Below, in pieces: positions 1 through 12,200 of a stretch of 64,000 nt of DNA. How positions within the stretch are numbered: the first letter of the stretch is position 1; every line of letters begins with the position of its first letter. The notes beneath the pieces were generated by a model. It saw only the letters and a list, made by a program, of their open reading frames with translations. It was not told the DNA's origin and did not search any database. The position numbers and the translations under genes were made by a program. This DNA comes from Chrysemys picta bellii (lineage: Eukaryota), in contig NC_088807.1 in assembly GCF_011386835.1 (NCBI RefSeq), positions 24,862,001 through 24,926,000 on the forward strand. The letters are read 5' to 3'.

Positions 1-94
1 GTGATGGGGTCTGGCCACCCCAAGCCAGTGACTTTCCAGTGGGAACTGGAACCCAAGGTGGGCGGCTGTCCATTGCCACCCTTGTCTCACGCAG

Positions 95-1632
<1,538 letters not shown>

Positions 1633-2325
1633 CCCCCCTGCTCCCACCAGGCCCTCCCTCTGACCCCCTGCTTGGGGGAGGGGGCGGGAGCTCAGGGCCC
1701 CTCATCACAGCCCCACGGCTTCTCGGGTAGAGCTGCCCATCTCCTCTGGCTGCCACAGCTGTGTGGGGTGATTCGTGGCACAGCCCCCCTCAATCCCAGC
1801 CATGGGGAGGCCCCCAGCCTCTCTCCCTGAATGGTTTGGGGGGGCGGGGCTGCCCCATGGCAGCTCCACTGCCTCCTGGTGGCTGTGCCCCAGCCCTCCC
1901 AGTCCCCCCTCAATGGGAGCCTGACATCACGGGGCTGCCCTGCCCCTTGTGACCCACAGCCCCCTGCTGAGGGGCTCAGGTGTCTACTGTGCCTCTCCTG
2001 GGCTGTGGGAGGGCGGCTCACAACACAGTGCCCCTGGGGCGGGGGAGTGGGCGCTGCCCCCTGCTGTACAGATTTCTTCCTCCTCCTCCTATTTATCTCT
2101 TGCCAAGCGGGGGCCCCCCCAGAGAACTCTATATTTTTATGCAGAGGCGTTGTGGGCCGCTTTGCCCGTGGAGGGCACCTGGCTCCCCCCACCCCCCCAC
2201 GGGTCCCGGGCCCTCCGCCCTAGCAAGTGCCACAGGTGGGGCGCTGCGGGCGCCAGGCCGCTCTGTGCTCCCCGGGGACGGTGGTCGTTACTTTTCAACT
2301 GTACTTGAAAGACGAACAGCTCTGT

Positions 2326-2331
2326 AATAAA
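2326..2331 (+). terminator. Polyadenylation signal of the Rho gene
   Basis: AATAAA about 700 nt after the stop codon, followed by a GT/T-rich stretch. Confidence 0.7.
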
Positions 2332-3477
2332 TTTGTAGCAATGTTTAGTATTGGGGGGGGCTCTGGCTGTTTGTGGCTAGTGCGGTTCCTCACATCACAG
2401 CCCTGGGCTCCCCCATATCTCATCCTGATCCCCTCCCCAGCCAGCTCTGCCCCCTGGGCCGTGCTGGGGTCACGCTAGCCTGAATCAGTTCTACCCCCTG
2501 CCACCAGCTGGAGGGGGGGGGGGCAACTCTCCAGTCACCTCAACAACCTGCCCGCTGAGCTGCCCCCCATCCCCTTCATCTTGCTGTTCCCTGGGGCAGA
2601 GGCCCCCCCAGTGGCCCCTGGCCTGAGGGAGCAGGCTGCTTCGCGGGGGGAGACGGTACAATCCTGTGCTGCAGGTTCCTGCTCTGGGTGGTGGCAGCAC
2701 GGCTCTAGCGCCTGTGTCAGGTGCTGTACGCGTGAGGGGTTCTGGAGGGAGTGTGCGGGGTATTGTGGCCACTTCTGGGCCAGGGCAGCAGTGGCATGGC
2801 ACCCCATAACGCAGCCTAGCTGGGGCTCGGCTGGTGCTGAAATGCACCCAGCTCTGGGGCGGAGCTGGGGCCGGGCTCACATGAGCAGTACCTGCCTGGC
2901 CCTGGCGTGATGAGCAATTAACATGGGGGTGGGGAGTTGGCACTGCTGAGTCACACCCATCCCTGGCAGGGCCAGGCCTGGACAGTGCGGGGAAGGTAAA
3001 TTCCCTTCCTGCACCCCAGGGCTGACCCCCAGAGATTCCCCCAGTGCAGCAGGGTGACTCCCTGCGAGCCCCGAGCACTGTCCCAGGGAGCAAAGCCTGA
3101 AGAGGGGGTGGCCCGTGTGGGCGTGGCCGGGGGCTGGTTGTCTGGGTGCTGCCAGGCCCCACCCCAAGGAGCCACATGGGGGGTTGTGCCACTTTCCACC
3201 CTTCCCCAGCTAGCCTGACCCCCAAACTCTGGACATGGGGGGAAGGGGCAGATGGCCCCTGGGAGTCCAATGCTGGCTCCAGCACAGCAGCCTATGCCCC
3301 CACGTGCCCACTCCCCTCCCCAGAGCTGGAGAGGGAACCCAGGAGTCCTGGCTCCCAGATTCAGTGGGAGGGGGGACCGGGGTCTCTAGGGCTGCACTCA
3401 GAGCTTGAAGCGTCCCCCGGGCAGCTCCATACGAGGTACCAGGACAAATGCGCCTCACCAAGAAAAGAGGCGGCTGC

Positions 3478-3549
3478 TTCCCACACAGGGAGTCGAACCG
3501 GGGCCGCCTGGGTGAACACCAGGAATCCTGAGCGCTAGGCCACGTGGGA
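3478..3549 (-). tRNA. tRNA-Glu(TTC)-derived gene, probably a decayed pseudogene
   Basis: The reverse complement TCCCACGTGGCCTAGCGCTCAGGATTCCTGGTGTTCACCCAGGCGGCCCCGGTTCGACTCCCTGTGTGGGAA (72 nt) differs at about 7 positions from vertebrate tRNA-Glu-TTC as recalled. The anticodon TTC and B-box GGTTCGACTCC are intact and a T4 Pol III terminator lies ~11 nt downstream. U33, G19 and the T-stem are mutated. Confidence 0.85.
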
Positions 3550-4290
3550 CAGGTCTGCTGCGGCTCCGGCCTGGGCCCCGGCAGCGGGCGCCGCAGCGCC
3601 ACCCACTGGGGAAGGAGGGTACTGCACCATTAACCCCCCACCCCCAAGGGACAGGCCCCTCCCCTCAGCCCCTCGTAGCAGCGAGCCCACATGCTCCCAG
3701 GCAGCCCTGCTCAGGGCCCGGGAGCGCTTCTAATCCAGAGTCACTCCGGAGCAGGCTCAGAAGCCAGCCCTGACCCCATTGGAGACACAGGGCAAGTCTG
3801 CCTGGAACAGGGGCTGAGCGGAGATCACAAACCAGCCAGAACCCAGGAGTCCTGGCTCCTGGCCCTGCTTCCCCCCAAGACCCCACAGCCATCTCAGAGC
3901 CGGGGAGAGAACCCAGGAGTCCTGGTTCCCAGCCCCCCCCCCCCCCCCCGCACTCTAACCACTAGACCTCACTCCCCTCCCAGAGCCTGTGGTGTCCTTT
4001 CTCCAGGCCAGTTCAGGGTGGCCGTGTCCCCACCGGGCCCCACATGGGCTGGGGGGGCAGGAGGCTGGTTCCTGCCCAGGGGAGAGGCAGATTTTCTCTT
4101 TAACATTTCCAAGGCCTGGACATCTCCGAGCGCCGCCCCGAGCCCCCCACCTCACCGCACGGGACGAGCACTCCACGCAGCAGGGGCTTCCACGGACCCC
4201 ACAGCGCAGTGGGGCAGGGGACACAGAGCAGGGCCAGCCCCTCCGGCAGGGATGGATGGATGGACGGACACACCAGAGCAGCGATCCCAG

Positions 4291-4296
4291 TTTATT
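4291..4296 (-). terminator. Polyadenylation signal of CCDC115
   Basis: TTTATT on + (AATAAA on -), ~90 nt past the stop codon. Confidence 0.7.
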
Positions 4297-4381
4297 GACG
4301 TGGGCAGCGGCGGTTACAATACACCCAGCTGGGGGGGGCGGGGGGGGGGGGGGCGAAAGCCGAGGGGGGGCGTTGGCTGCG

Positions 4382-7300
4382 CTACCCCTCTCTGGCCAGC
4401 AGCTGGCGCTTTCTCTCCAGCAGCGCCCGATACTGCGCCCGCGTGGCCTCGATGTCGCTCTGTAGGCTGGCGATCTCCCCGGCCAGGAGAATCCCTGCGC
4501 GGAGACGGGGGTCAGGAGAGGGGGGAAAGGGGACCTGTCCCCTCTGGGGGGCGCCGGCTCCCATCGGCCCCAGGGCAGGGACTGGCTGGCTCAGGGGGCG
4601 GGGAATGGGGCAGGGGCCTGTCCCCTCTAGGGAGCACCGGCTCCCATAGGCCCCAGGGTAGGGACTGGCTGGCTCAGGGGGTGGGGAATGGGGCAGGGGC
4701 CTGTCCCCTCTAGGGGGCACCGGCTCCCATAGGCCCCAGGGCAGGGACTGGCTGGCTCAGGGGGGTGGGGAATGGGGCTGGGGCTTGTCCCCTCTAGGGG
4801 GCCCTGGCTCCCATCAGCCCCAGGGCATGGACTGGCTGCCTCAGGGGGGCGGGGAATGGGGCAGGGACTGGCTGGCTCGGGGGGCAGGGAATGGGGCTGG
4901 GGCCCAGGGCTTGTCCCCTCTAGGGGGCGCTGGCTCCCATCGGCCCCAGGGCAGGGACTGGCTGCCTCAGGGGCAGGGAATGGGGCCCGGGGCCCAGGGC
5001 CTGTCCCCTCCAGGGGGCGCCCTGGACTTACCCTCTTTGAAGCTGCTCTGAGCCTGCCGGAGGCTCTGGGGCACCAGGATCCCGAACCAGGTCAGTGGGT
5101 CCCGGGACGAGGCCCCCTTCTGGGAATCGGGTTCGGGGGCTGCCTCCACGGGGGGGCCAGGATCCGCAGTTTTCCCTGGGCCCTTTCGCTGCCGCAAGAC
5201 TGGGGAGACATTCACCAAAATGTGTCTCACAACCTCCCCCCCCCCCCCCCCCCCCAGCTCTGCTGCGCCCCATCACTCCCGACCCGCAGCCCACTCCTAG
5301 CCCGGCCCTGCCGGTGCCCCTCACTCCTGACCCGCAGCCCCTGCCAGCCCAGCCCTGCGCCCCACAGCTCTGCCGGTGCCCCTCACTCCCGACCCGCAGC
5401 CCCCGCTAGCCCAACCCTGCCCCCCCCAGCTCTGCTGCGCCCCTCACTCCCGACCACAGCCCCTGCCAGCCCAGCCCTGCCCCCCACAGCTCTGCCAGTG
5501 CCCCTCACTCCCGACCCGCAGCCCCCTCCTAGCCCAGCCCTGACCCCCCCCCAGCCCTGCCGGTGCCCCTCATTCCCGACCCGCAGCCCCCCCAGCCCAG
5601 CCCTGGGCTCCCGCTGAAGTTCTTTGTCCATTAGTTCACCTTGGTCTTGGGGCCCGATTTCCTCCACGGCCGGTGACCCCTCAGCAGCCTCTGCGGACGG
5701 GTCCCCGTCTCCTGGGATCACCTGGAAGGCGACCTGCCCGCTCTCCCCCTCGCTGGAAGGAATAAACCACACCATTGACCCCCCCCTCGGGCTGGGGAGC
5801 CCCCCTGCAGGTCATTCACAGCCTGGCGCGGATGGGGCACCCCCGTCAGAGCCGTTCCAGGCTGGGGGTCGGTTGTTCCCTGTGTCCGCTGAGGGCAGGA
5901 CGAGAAGTAAAGGGCTGAAGCCGCAGCCAGCGAGATGGAGGTTCGATATTGGGAGATATTTCAAGCTCGCCGGGTCGTTCAGCTCGGGAACCGGCTCCCA
6001 AGGGGGCTGTGGGACCCCACTGGAGGGTTTTAAGACCAGGTTGGAGAAACCCCTGTCAGGGCTGGTCTGGGGTGAGTAGGTCCTGCCTCCGCGTAGGGGG
6101 CCGGACCCGGTGACCTCCTGGGGTCCCTTCCAGCCCCACGATTCGAGGAGTCTCGTTCCGTGAATTACAAGATCGTTGGGGGGGTTTCACCATTTCCGTG
6201 CCCAGCGTGAAAGTGGGATTTACACAAGGCTCTAGTCAGGAGGCCAAGTCTGCCGGTGCCCCTCACTCCCGACCCACAGCCCCCTGCTCACCCGGTCCTG
6301 GGCTCCCCCACAGCCCTGCCGGTGCCCCTCACTCCTGACCCACAGCCCCCTGCTCACCCGGTCCTGGGCTCCCCCACAGCCCTGCCGGTGCCCCTCACTC
6401 CTGACCCACAGCCCCCTCTCGCCCGGTCCTGGGCTCCCCCCAGCCCTGCCGGTGCCCCTCACTCCCGACCCACAGCCCCCTGCTCACCCGGTCCTGGGCT
6501 CCCCCACAGCCCTGCCGGTGCCCCTCACTCCTGACCCACAGCCCCCTCTCGCCCGGTCCTGGGCTCCCCCCAGCCCTGCCGGTGCCCCTCACTCCCGACC
6601 CACAGCCCCCTGCTCACCCGGTCCTGGGCTCTCCCCAGCCCTGCCGGTGCCCCTCACTCCCGATCCACAGCCCCCTGCTCACCCGGTCCTGGGCTCCCCC
6701 ACAGCCCTGCCGGTGCCCCTCACTCCCGATCCACAGCCCCCTGCTCGCCCGGTCCTGGGCTCTCCCCAGCCCTGCCGGTGCCCCTCACTCCCGACCCACA
6801 GCCCCCTGCTCACCAGGCCCTGGGCTCCCCCCAGCCCTGCCGGTGCCCCTCACTCCTGACCCACAGCCCCCTCTCGCCTGGTCCTGGGCTCCCCCCAGCC
6901 CTGCCGGTGCCCCTCACTCCCGACCCGCAGCCCCCTGCTAGCCCGGCCCTGGGCTCCCCGCAGCCCTGCCGGTGCCCCTCACTCCCGACCCATAGCCCCC
7001 TGCTCTTACCTGGCGCACACCCGGACCAGCGGCTCCATGCGGGCCCCGTACTGCAGGGCAGAGACCGACTTGCAGCCCATGGCGAAGCGGGACTTAGAGA
7101 GCGAGAACCAGCCCTGCATGGAGGGACACAAGGGGGGGTGTCAGGGGCTGCTGGGGAGGGGACACTCCCCTAAGGGGCTGCACTGCCCCAGAGACCCCAC
7201 CCCACCCCCAGGCTGACGGGGCTGCAGCTTGACCAGGCCAGTGGGTGCAGGAGGGGGCCTGGGGAGCACGGTGGGCGTTGAGAAGGTGAGCAGTGTGGGA

Positions 7301-7629
7301 AAGGGGGACCCCAGGGGCGGTGGGGGGGTCCTGGAGGGAGGGAAGTGGGGCCTGGGGGCAGTAGGGGGGGCCTGAGGGGTAAGAAGGGGGGCTGGGGGCA
7401 GTAGGTGGGTCCTGGGGGGGGCAAGATGGGGGGCCGGGGCAGTAGGGGGAACCTGGGGGCAGTAGGGGGGCCCGAGGTGTAAGTAGGGGGGGCCCATCCA
7501 ATTCCCCTCCCGCCTCACCTGCTCCACGCAGCTGTTGAATTCGTCCCTCTTGCCCTGCAACGTCTCCAGCGCCCCCAGCAGGTGGAGCAGCCGCTCGTCC
7601 AGCTCCCGGCGCAGCGCCAGCTCGGCCAT
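4382..7629 (-). CDS. CCDC115: Coiled-coil domain-containing protein 115 (Vma22 homolog, V-ATPase assembly factor); coding exons 7629-7519, 7113-7010, 5752-5640, 5199-5032, 4494-4382 (202 aa)
   Basis: [28 protein letters not shown]...[22 protein letters not shown]...[35 protein letters not shown]. Phases are consistent, and the gene is head-to-head with IMP4 as in mammals. Confidence 0.95.
4540..5020. repeat. ~80 bp minisatellite family containing CCTCTAGGGGGC(G/A)C; further copies at 20395-20820 and 47580-47920
   Basis: Tandem GGGGAATGGGGCAGGGGCCTGTCCCCTCTAGGGGGCACCGGCTCCCAT...CAGGGACTGGCTGGCTC units. Confidence 0.9.
5900..6150 (+). mobile_element. Degenerate CR1 LINE 3'-end fragment
   Basis: CACTGGAGGGTTTTAAGACCAGGTTGGAGAAACCCCTGTCAGGG...GTGACCTCCTGGGGTCCCTTCCAGCCC resembles the CR1 3' UTR. 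Confidence 0.7.
6250..7005. repeat. ~62 bp minisatellite in a CCDC115 intron; related units at 5240-5600 and 9890-10220
   Basis: About 12 copies of GCCGGTGCCCCTCACTCCCGACCCACAGCCCCCTGCTCACCCGGTCCTGGGCTCCCCCCAGCCCT. Confidence 0.95.
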
Positions 7630-7689
7630 CGGCCTGGGGCACAACCGGGTCAGAACCGGAGCCTCGGGCCGGGGACCCGCCCCCGGGAT

Positions 7690-8640
7690 GTACCCTGGCA
7701 CCGCCCCCCCAATACCTGCCCCCTGGCACCGCCCCCCCTCAGGCCCTTCGCCCCCACCACCTGCCCCCCCCAATACCTGCTCCCTGGCACCGCCCCCCTC
7801 GGGCCCTTCGCCCCCACCACCTGCCACCCAATACCTGCCCCCTGGCACCGCCCCCCTCGGGCCCTTCGCCCCCACCACCTGCCACCCAATACCTGCCCCC
7901 TGGCACCGCCCCCCTCGGGCCCTTCGCCCCCACCACCTGCCCCCCCAATACCTGCTCCCTGGCACCGCCCCCCCTCGGGCCCTTCGCCCCCACCACCTGC
8001 CCCCCAATACCTGCCCCCGGCACCGCCCCCCTCGGGCCCTTCGCCCCCACCACCTGCCACCCAATACCTGCCCCCTGGCACCGCCCCCCTCGGGCCCTTC
8101 GCCCCCACCACCTGCCCCCCCAATACCTGCTCCCTGGCACCGCCCCCCCTCGGGCCCTTCGCCCCCACCACCTGCCCCCCAATACCTGCCCCCGGCACCG
8201 CCCCCCCTCGGGCCCTTCACCCCCACCACCTGCCCCCCCAATACCTGCTCCCTGGCACCGCCCCCCTCGGGCCCTTTGCCCCCACCACCTGCCCCCGGCA
8301 CCGCCCCCCTCGGGCCCTTCACCCCCACCACCTGTCCCCCCAATACCTGCCCCCTGGCACCGCCCCCCTCGGGCCCTTCGCCCCCACCACCTGCCCCCTG
8401 GCACCGCCCCCCTCGGGCCCTTTGCCCCCACCACCTGCCCCCCCAGTACCTGCCCCCTGGCACCGCCCCCCCTCGGGCCCTTCGCCCCCGCCACCTGCCC
8501 CCCCAATACCTGCCCCCTGGCACCGCCCCCCCTCGGGCCCTTCGCCCCCACCACCTGCCCCCCTGGCACCGCCCCCCCGCCACCTGCCCCCTGGATCCAC
8601 CCCCCCACTGACCCCCCTCGGTCCCTCCCCCTGGCACCGC
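7690..8640. repeat. ~43-44 bp C-rich minisatellite in the inferred CCDC115 5'UTR intron
   Basis: About 16 copies of CCAATACCTGCCCCCTGGCACCGCCCCCCTCGGGCCCTTCGCCCCCACCACCTGCC. It is the source of the spurious 558, 391 and 358 aa ORFs. Confidence 0.95.
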
Positions 8641-8699
8641 CCCCCCCTCGGCCCTTCCCCCCAGGCGCGCCCCCACCTGGCTCCTCCAGCACCTACCCC

Positions 8700-9240
8700 G
8701 GACCGAGCGATCCCGGCTGTTCCCCCTCCCGCCCCTCCCCTTCACCCGAGCACATGACCTTGGAAACCAGCCAATCCCGGCTTCCCAGTGGGGCGGAGCC
8801 TCCCCAATGTTCTCCAATCAGAGCTAAGGGCTTGGGCGAGACGCTCCAATCACCCTCCAGAGGAGGCCGGGAGAAGCCGCTGATTGGACAGAGCTGTTTC
8901 CCCCATGCGAAAACGAACCGGCGGCCATCTTGGTTGAGGGCAAGCGCGGCGCCGTCCCCGTCTCGCCGCCATGTTTGTAAAGGGTAAACCTGCCCCGTCC
9001 CCTTCGGCCGCCATTTTTGCGAGGGGCAACGGGGAGGGGGGGGGGGACTGCACCACGTGACTCTCTCCTCACCATGGGCCGCCATCTTTGTGAGGGGCAA
9101 AACATCGCCCTGGCCCAGTTGAGCATCCCGCTCTCTGATAGGCCGGGCCGCCTGGGCCAATGAGAGGCCCTGGTGTTGGGCGGCCGGGTCGCCCACGTGC
9201 TGTGGGGACAGAGCTGCGGATCGCCGGGAGTTGCCAGCAT
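8700..9240. promoter_or_regulatory. Bidirectional CpG-island promoter shared by CCDC115 and IMP4
   Basis: CCAAT/ATTGG at 8771, 8804, 8814, 8846, 8883 and 9157. YY1-type GCCATNTT at 8924, 8968, 9010 and 9081. CACGTG at 9054 and 9194. It lies between two divergent genes. Confidence 0.8.
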
Positions 9241-12200
9241 GGTAGGGGGCGAATTGGGTTTGTTATTGTAGGGTCGCCTGAGAGGGGGAGGGGCCCGGGG
9301 GCTGGTACCCTGTACCCTGGGGGAGGGGGGCAATAGGGGGCTGGGTTAGTGACTGTAGGGGGGCCTGCGGGGCAGAGGTGGGCACCCCCTGGGGGGGGGG
9401 GGTCCTGGGCTGGTTATTGTAGGGTCTCCTGGGTGCGGGAGGGGGTTGGGGGAGCAGCTCCCCCCCTTGGGGCTTGTGGGCGATTGGTGCTGGGACTCTC
9501 GGGCTTTGTTATTGTAGGGTCTCCTGGGTGCGGGAGGGGGTTGGGGCAGCTCCCCCCCTTGGGGCTTGTGGGCGATTGGTGCTGGGACTCTCGGGCTTTG
9601 TTATTGTAGGGTCGCCTGTGTCTGGGCGGGGCCCCCGGGGAGCGGGGCGAGGCCTGGCGCTGTTGTGGTAGGGTCGGCATGTGGGGCGGGAGGGGGAAAC
9701 TCCCTCCCCCCCCCCCCCCCCGGGCTCTGTGTTAACTCCCCCCCCCCCCCGCCTGTGCCGCCCAGCTGCGCCGCGAGGCCCGGCAGCGCCGGGAGTATCT
9801 GCACCGGCGGGCGCAGGAGGACCGGACCCGCGCCACCGAGACCAAGAAGGAGCAACTCAGGCGGGCGCTGGAGGGTAACGGACCCCCCCGCTGTGCACCT
9901 CCCTTCCGACCTGCAGCCCCTCCCTCTTCCCCCCTGCCCCTCCCTCCCGACCCACAGCTCCCTCTTTCCCCTCCCCCCCCCGCTGTGCCCCTCCCCCCCC
10001 CGTGCCCCTCACTCCCGACCCGCAGCCCCCTCCCTCCCCCCCCTGTGCCCCTCACTCCCGACCTGCAGCCCCCTCCCTCCCCCCCCCGTGCCCCTCACTC
10101 CCGACCTGCAGCCCCTGGCGCCCTTCGCTCCCGACCCACAGCCCCCTCCTCTCCCCGCAACCAGTGCCCCTCACTCCTGACCCGCAGCCCCCTGCCAGCC
10201 CAGCCCTGGGCTCCCCCCTCCTGCTCTGCCGTGGCCTGAGGGTTGCGACTCGGTGCCCTGGAGGAGGGGCTGGTTTGGGGCAGGAGGACCGGGGGGGGAC
10301 GGACTTTGAGCGGGAGGGGGGAGAGCTGCGAGGGGGGGGGGGTTGTCTGGAATCTCACTCTCTGACTCCCCCGGCAGAGAATCGGCTGCTGCCCACGGAG
10401 CTGCGCCGGGAGGCTCTGGCGCTTCAGAAGTCCATCGAGTTTGATGACCAGGGAGCAGAAGGTGAGTTTGGGGGCCGGGGGGGGGGGGGGAGGTTCAGGG
10501 AGTTCCGTGCCTCCCCTCCCTCAGGCGAGGAACCCCCCCCACTCCGCCAACACCCTTGGTCAACATTGTCCTGTGTCCTTCCTGACTCTTCACTGCCCGG
10601 CTGCCCTGAAACATGAGAGTGGGCCACCCCCATTTGGGCTCACACGGCCCCGTGGGGCCAGATGGAGCCCGCACTCCCCCCCCCCCCCCGGCCCTGCAGC
10701 CGAGATGCCTCTCCCCCAGTGAGTGACAGCCCCATAGACCCGTTATCATGGCCGGCTCACTTGGGATAGGTGGAGCAGAATCTGGTGTGTGTGTGTGTGT
10801 GGACCGGGGGGGGGCTGAGCTGGTCCTGGTCACACCCAGCCGAGCCGTGAGTCCCACGTCCAGTGTGGATAAAAACAGATTGTTGTCGGTTTTTTAAAAT
10901 TTATACCTGATTTCTGACGTTTTTCTTTTTAAAAATCCACCTGAAATTCTGACCCCTTCTGTTCAGGGCTGAATCTGGCACGGTCAGTTACGTTATATTT
11001 AAAAACATATATAGTTAACCAGCAAGAAAGCCCCGAACCGGGGGGTCGTTCCTGGTACCTCCTCCTCCCCCCGTTTGCTCCGCGTCCGTCTATTCACCGA
11101 GCTCAGGTCAATGATAGCTTTGCACCAGGTTAAAAAACCAATCAGGAGCTGCTTGGTTTCCTCTTCCCATCTCTGAATAAAACCTCGGTGGGAGAGGACG
11201 AGATCTACTAGCTCTAAAATCCCGAAGGACATGGAGACTAGAAACAATCAGTTCAAATTCACTAATTACCACCAACACTCCCTTTGTACAATAAATCCGG
11301 GCGTTTCAAATCCAAGCCATGTTTTAATCAATTCCCACCCACCCCCACCTCCCTGTATCCAGCCCTTCTAATAGGCTGGGCAGAATATGATTTTTTTTTT
11401 TTTGTAAGCATTTTCCCTGATTTGTAGCTCTTTCAATTAGTTGCGCAAAATAATGGTTTTTACTCCTTTTTGTCTCCCCGATTTTGGTCTCTTTAAATCT
11501 TCATTTTGGGTTTTAAGCTTTTAAAAATCCTCTCTTTACGTTTTCACTTGTGGAAATTGCTGGGGCGTGAGGTGGGTCGGACAGGGATTATTTAACGACG
11601 GCAGAGGCTGATAATCGAAAAGTTAAAGCGTTTGAACTGTTAAAAGAGAAATTGTGAACGCCGCACGTCCAACCACCCAAAGGAAACAGCCTGAAATCCC
11701 GTTCGGATGCCTCCCTCCGCCGTGTTTTTCTTCCTTGGCTGACTTGCGTGTTTTGGATCCCGGCGGTGGGCGGTGAAATGGAGATTTACGGACACAAATC
11801 AAACCCGCCTGGGCCCGGTTTTAAAGTCGTTTTCTTTCGAGAACGAAAAACCTCCAGGGCTCTTTTGTGTGTTTTTAATCGGATTCCGATTTCCGTCCAG
11901 ATGGAGTTTGACGGGGATCCCGAGCACAGCGAGGCCAGGAGAAGACTTGGTGGCTGGTCGCTTGTGATAAAATCTGTCACTTCCCCCACTGGGCTGTTGA
12001 GGGACCGGCCGCGGGGCAAGAAATTCGCCACTCCCTGGCGGGATTTAAAAATTACCGAACCCCGCCCCCCCAACTCCGTGTAAATGGGCTAACATAATTC
12101 AGGGCCTGAACGGGGGTCGTGGCCAGCCAGAGGCCATGCCCGTTAACCCCTTGCCTCCCGCGGCAGGGCTGGTGACACAGCAGGACGACGAGTATCGCTG

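Noticed and set aside
7141-8817. 558, 391, 358 and 317 aa Gly/Pro-rich ORFs resembling collagen or extensin
   Set aside because: They are translations of a 43-44 bp GC minisatellite, open in several frames on both strands. Only 7519-7629 is a real exon.
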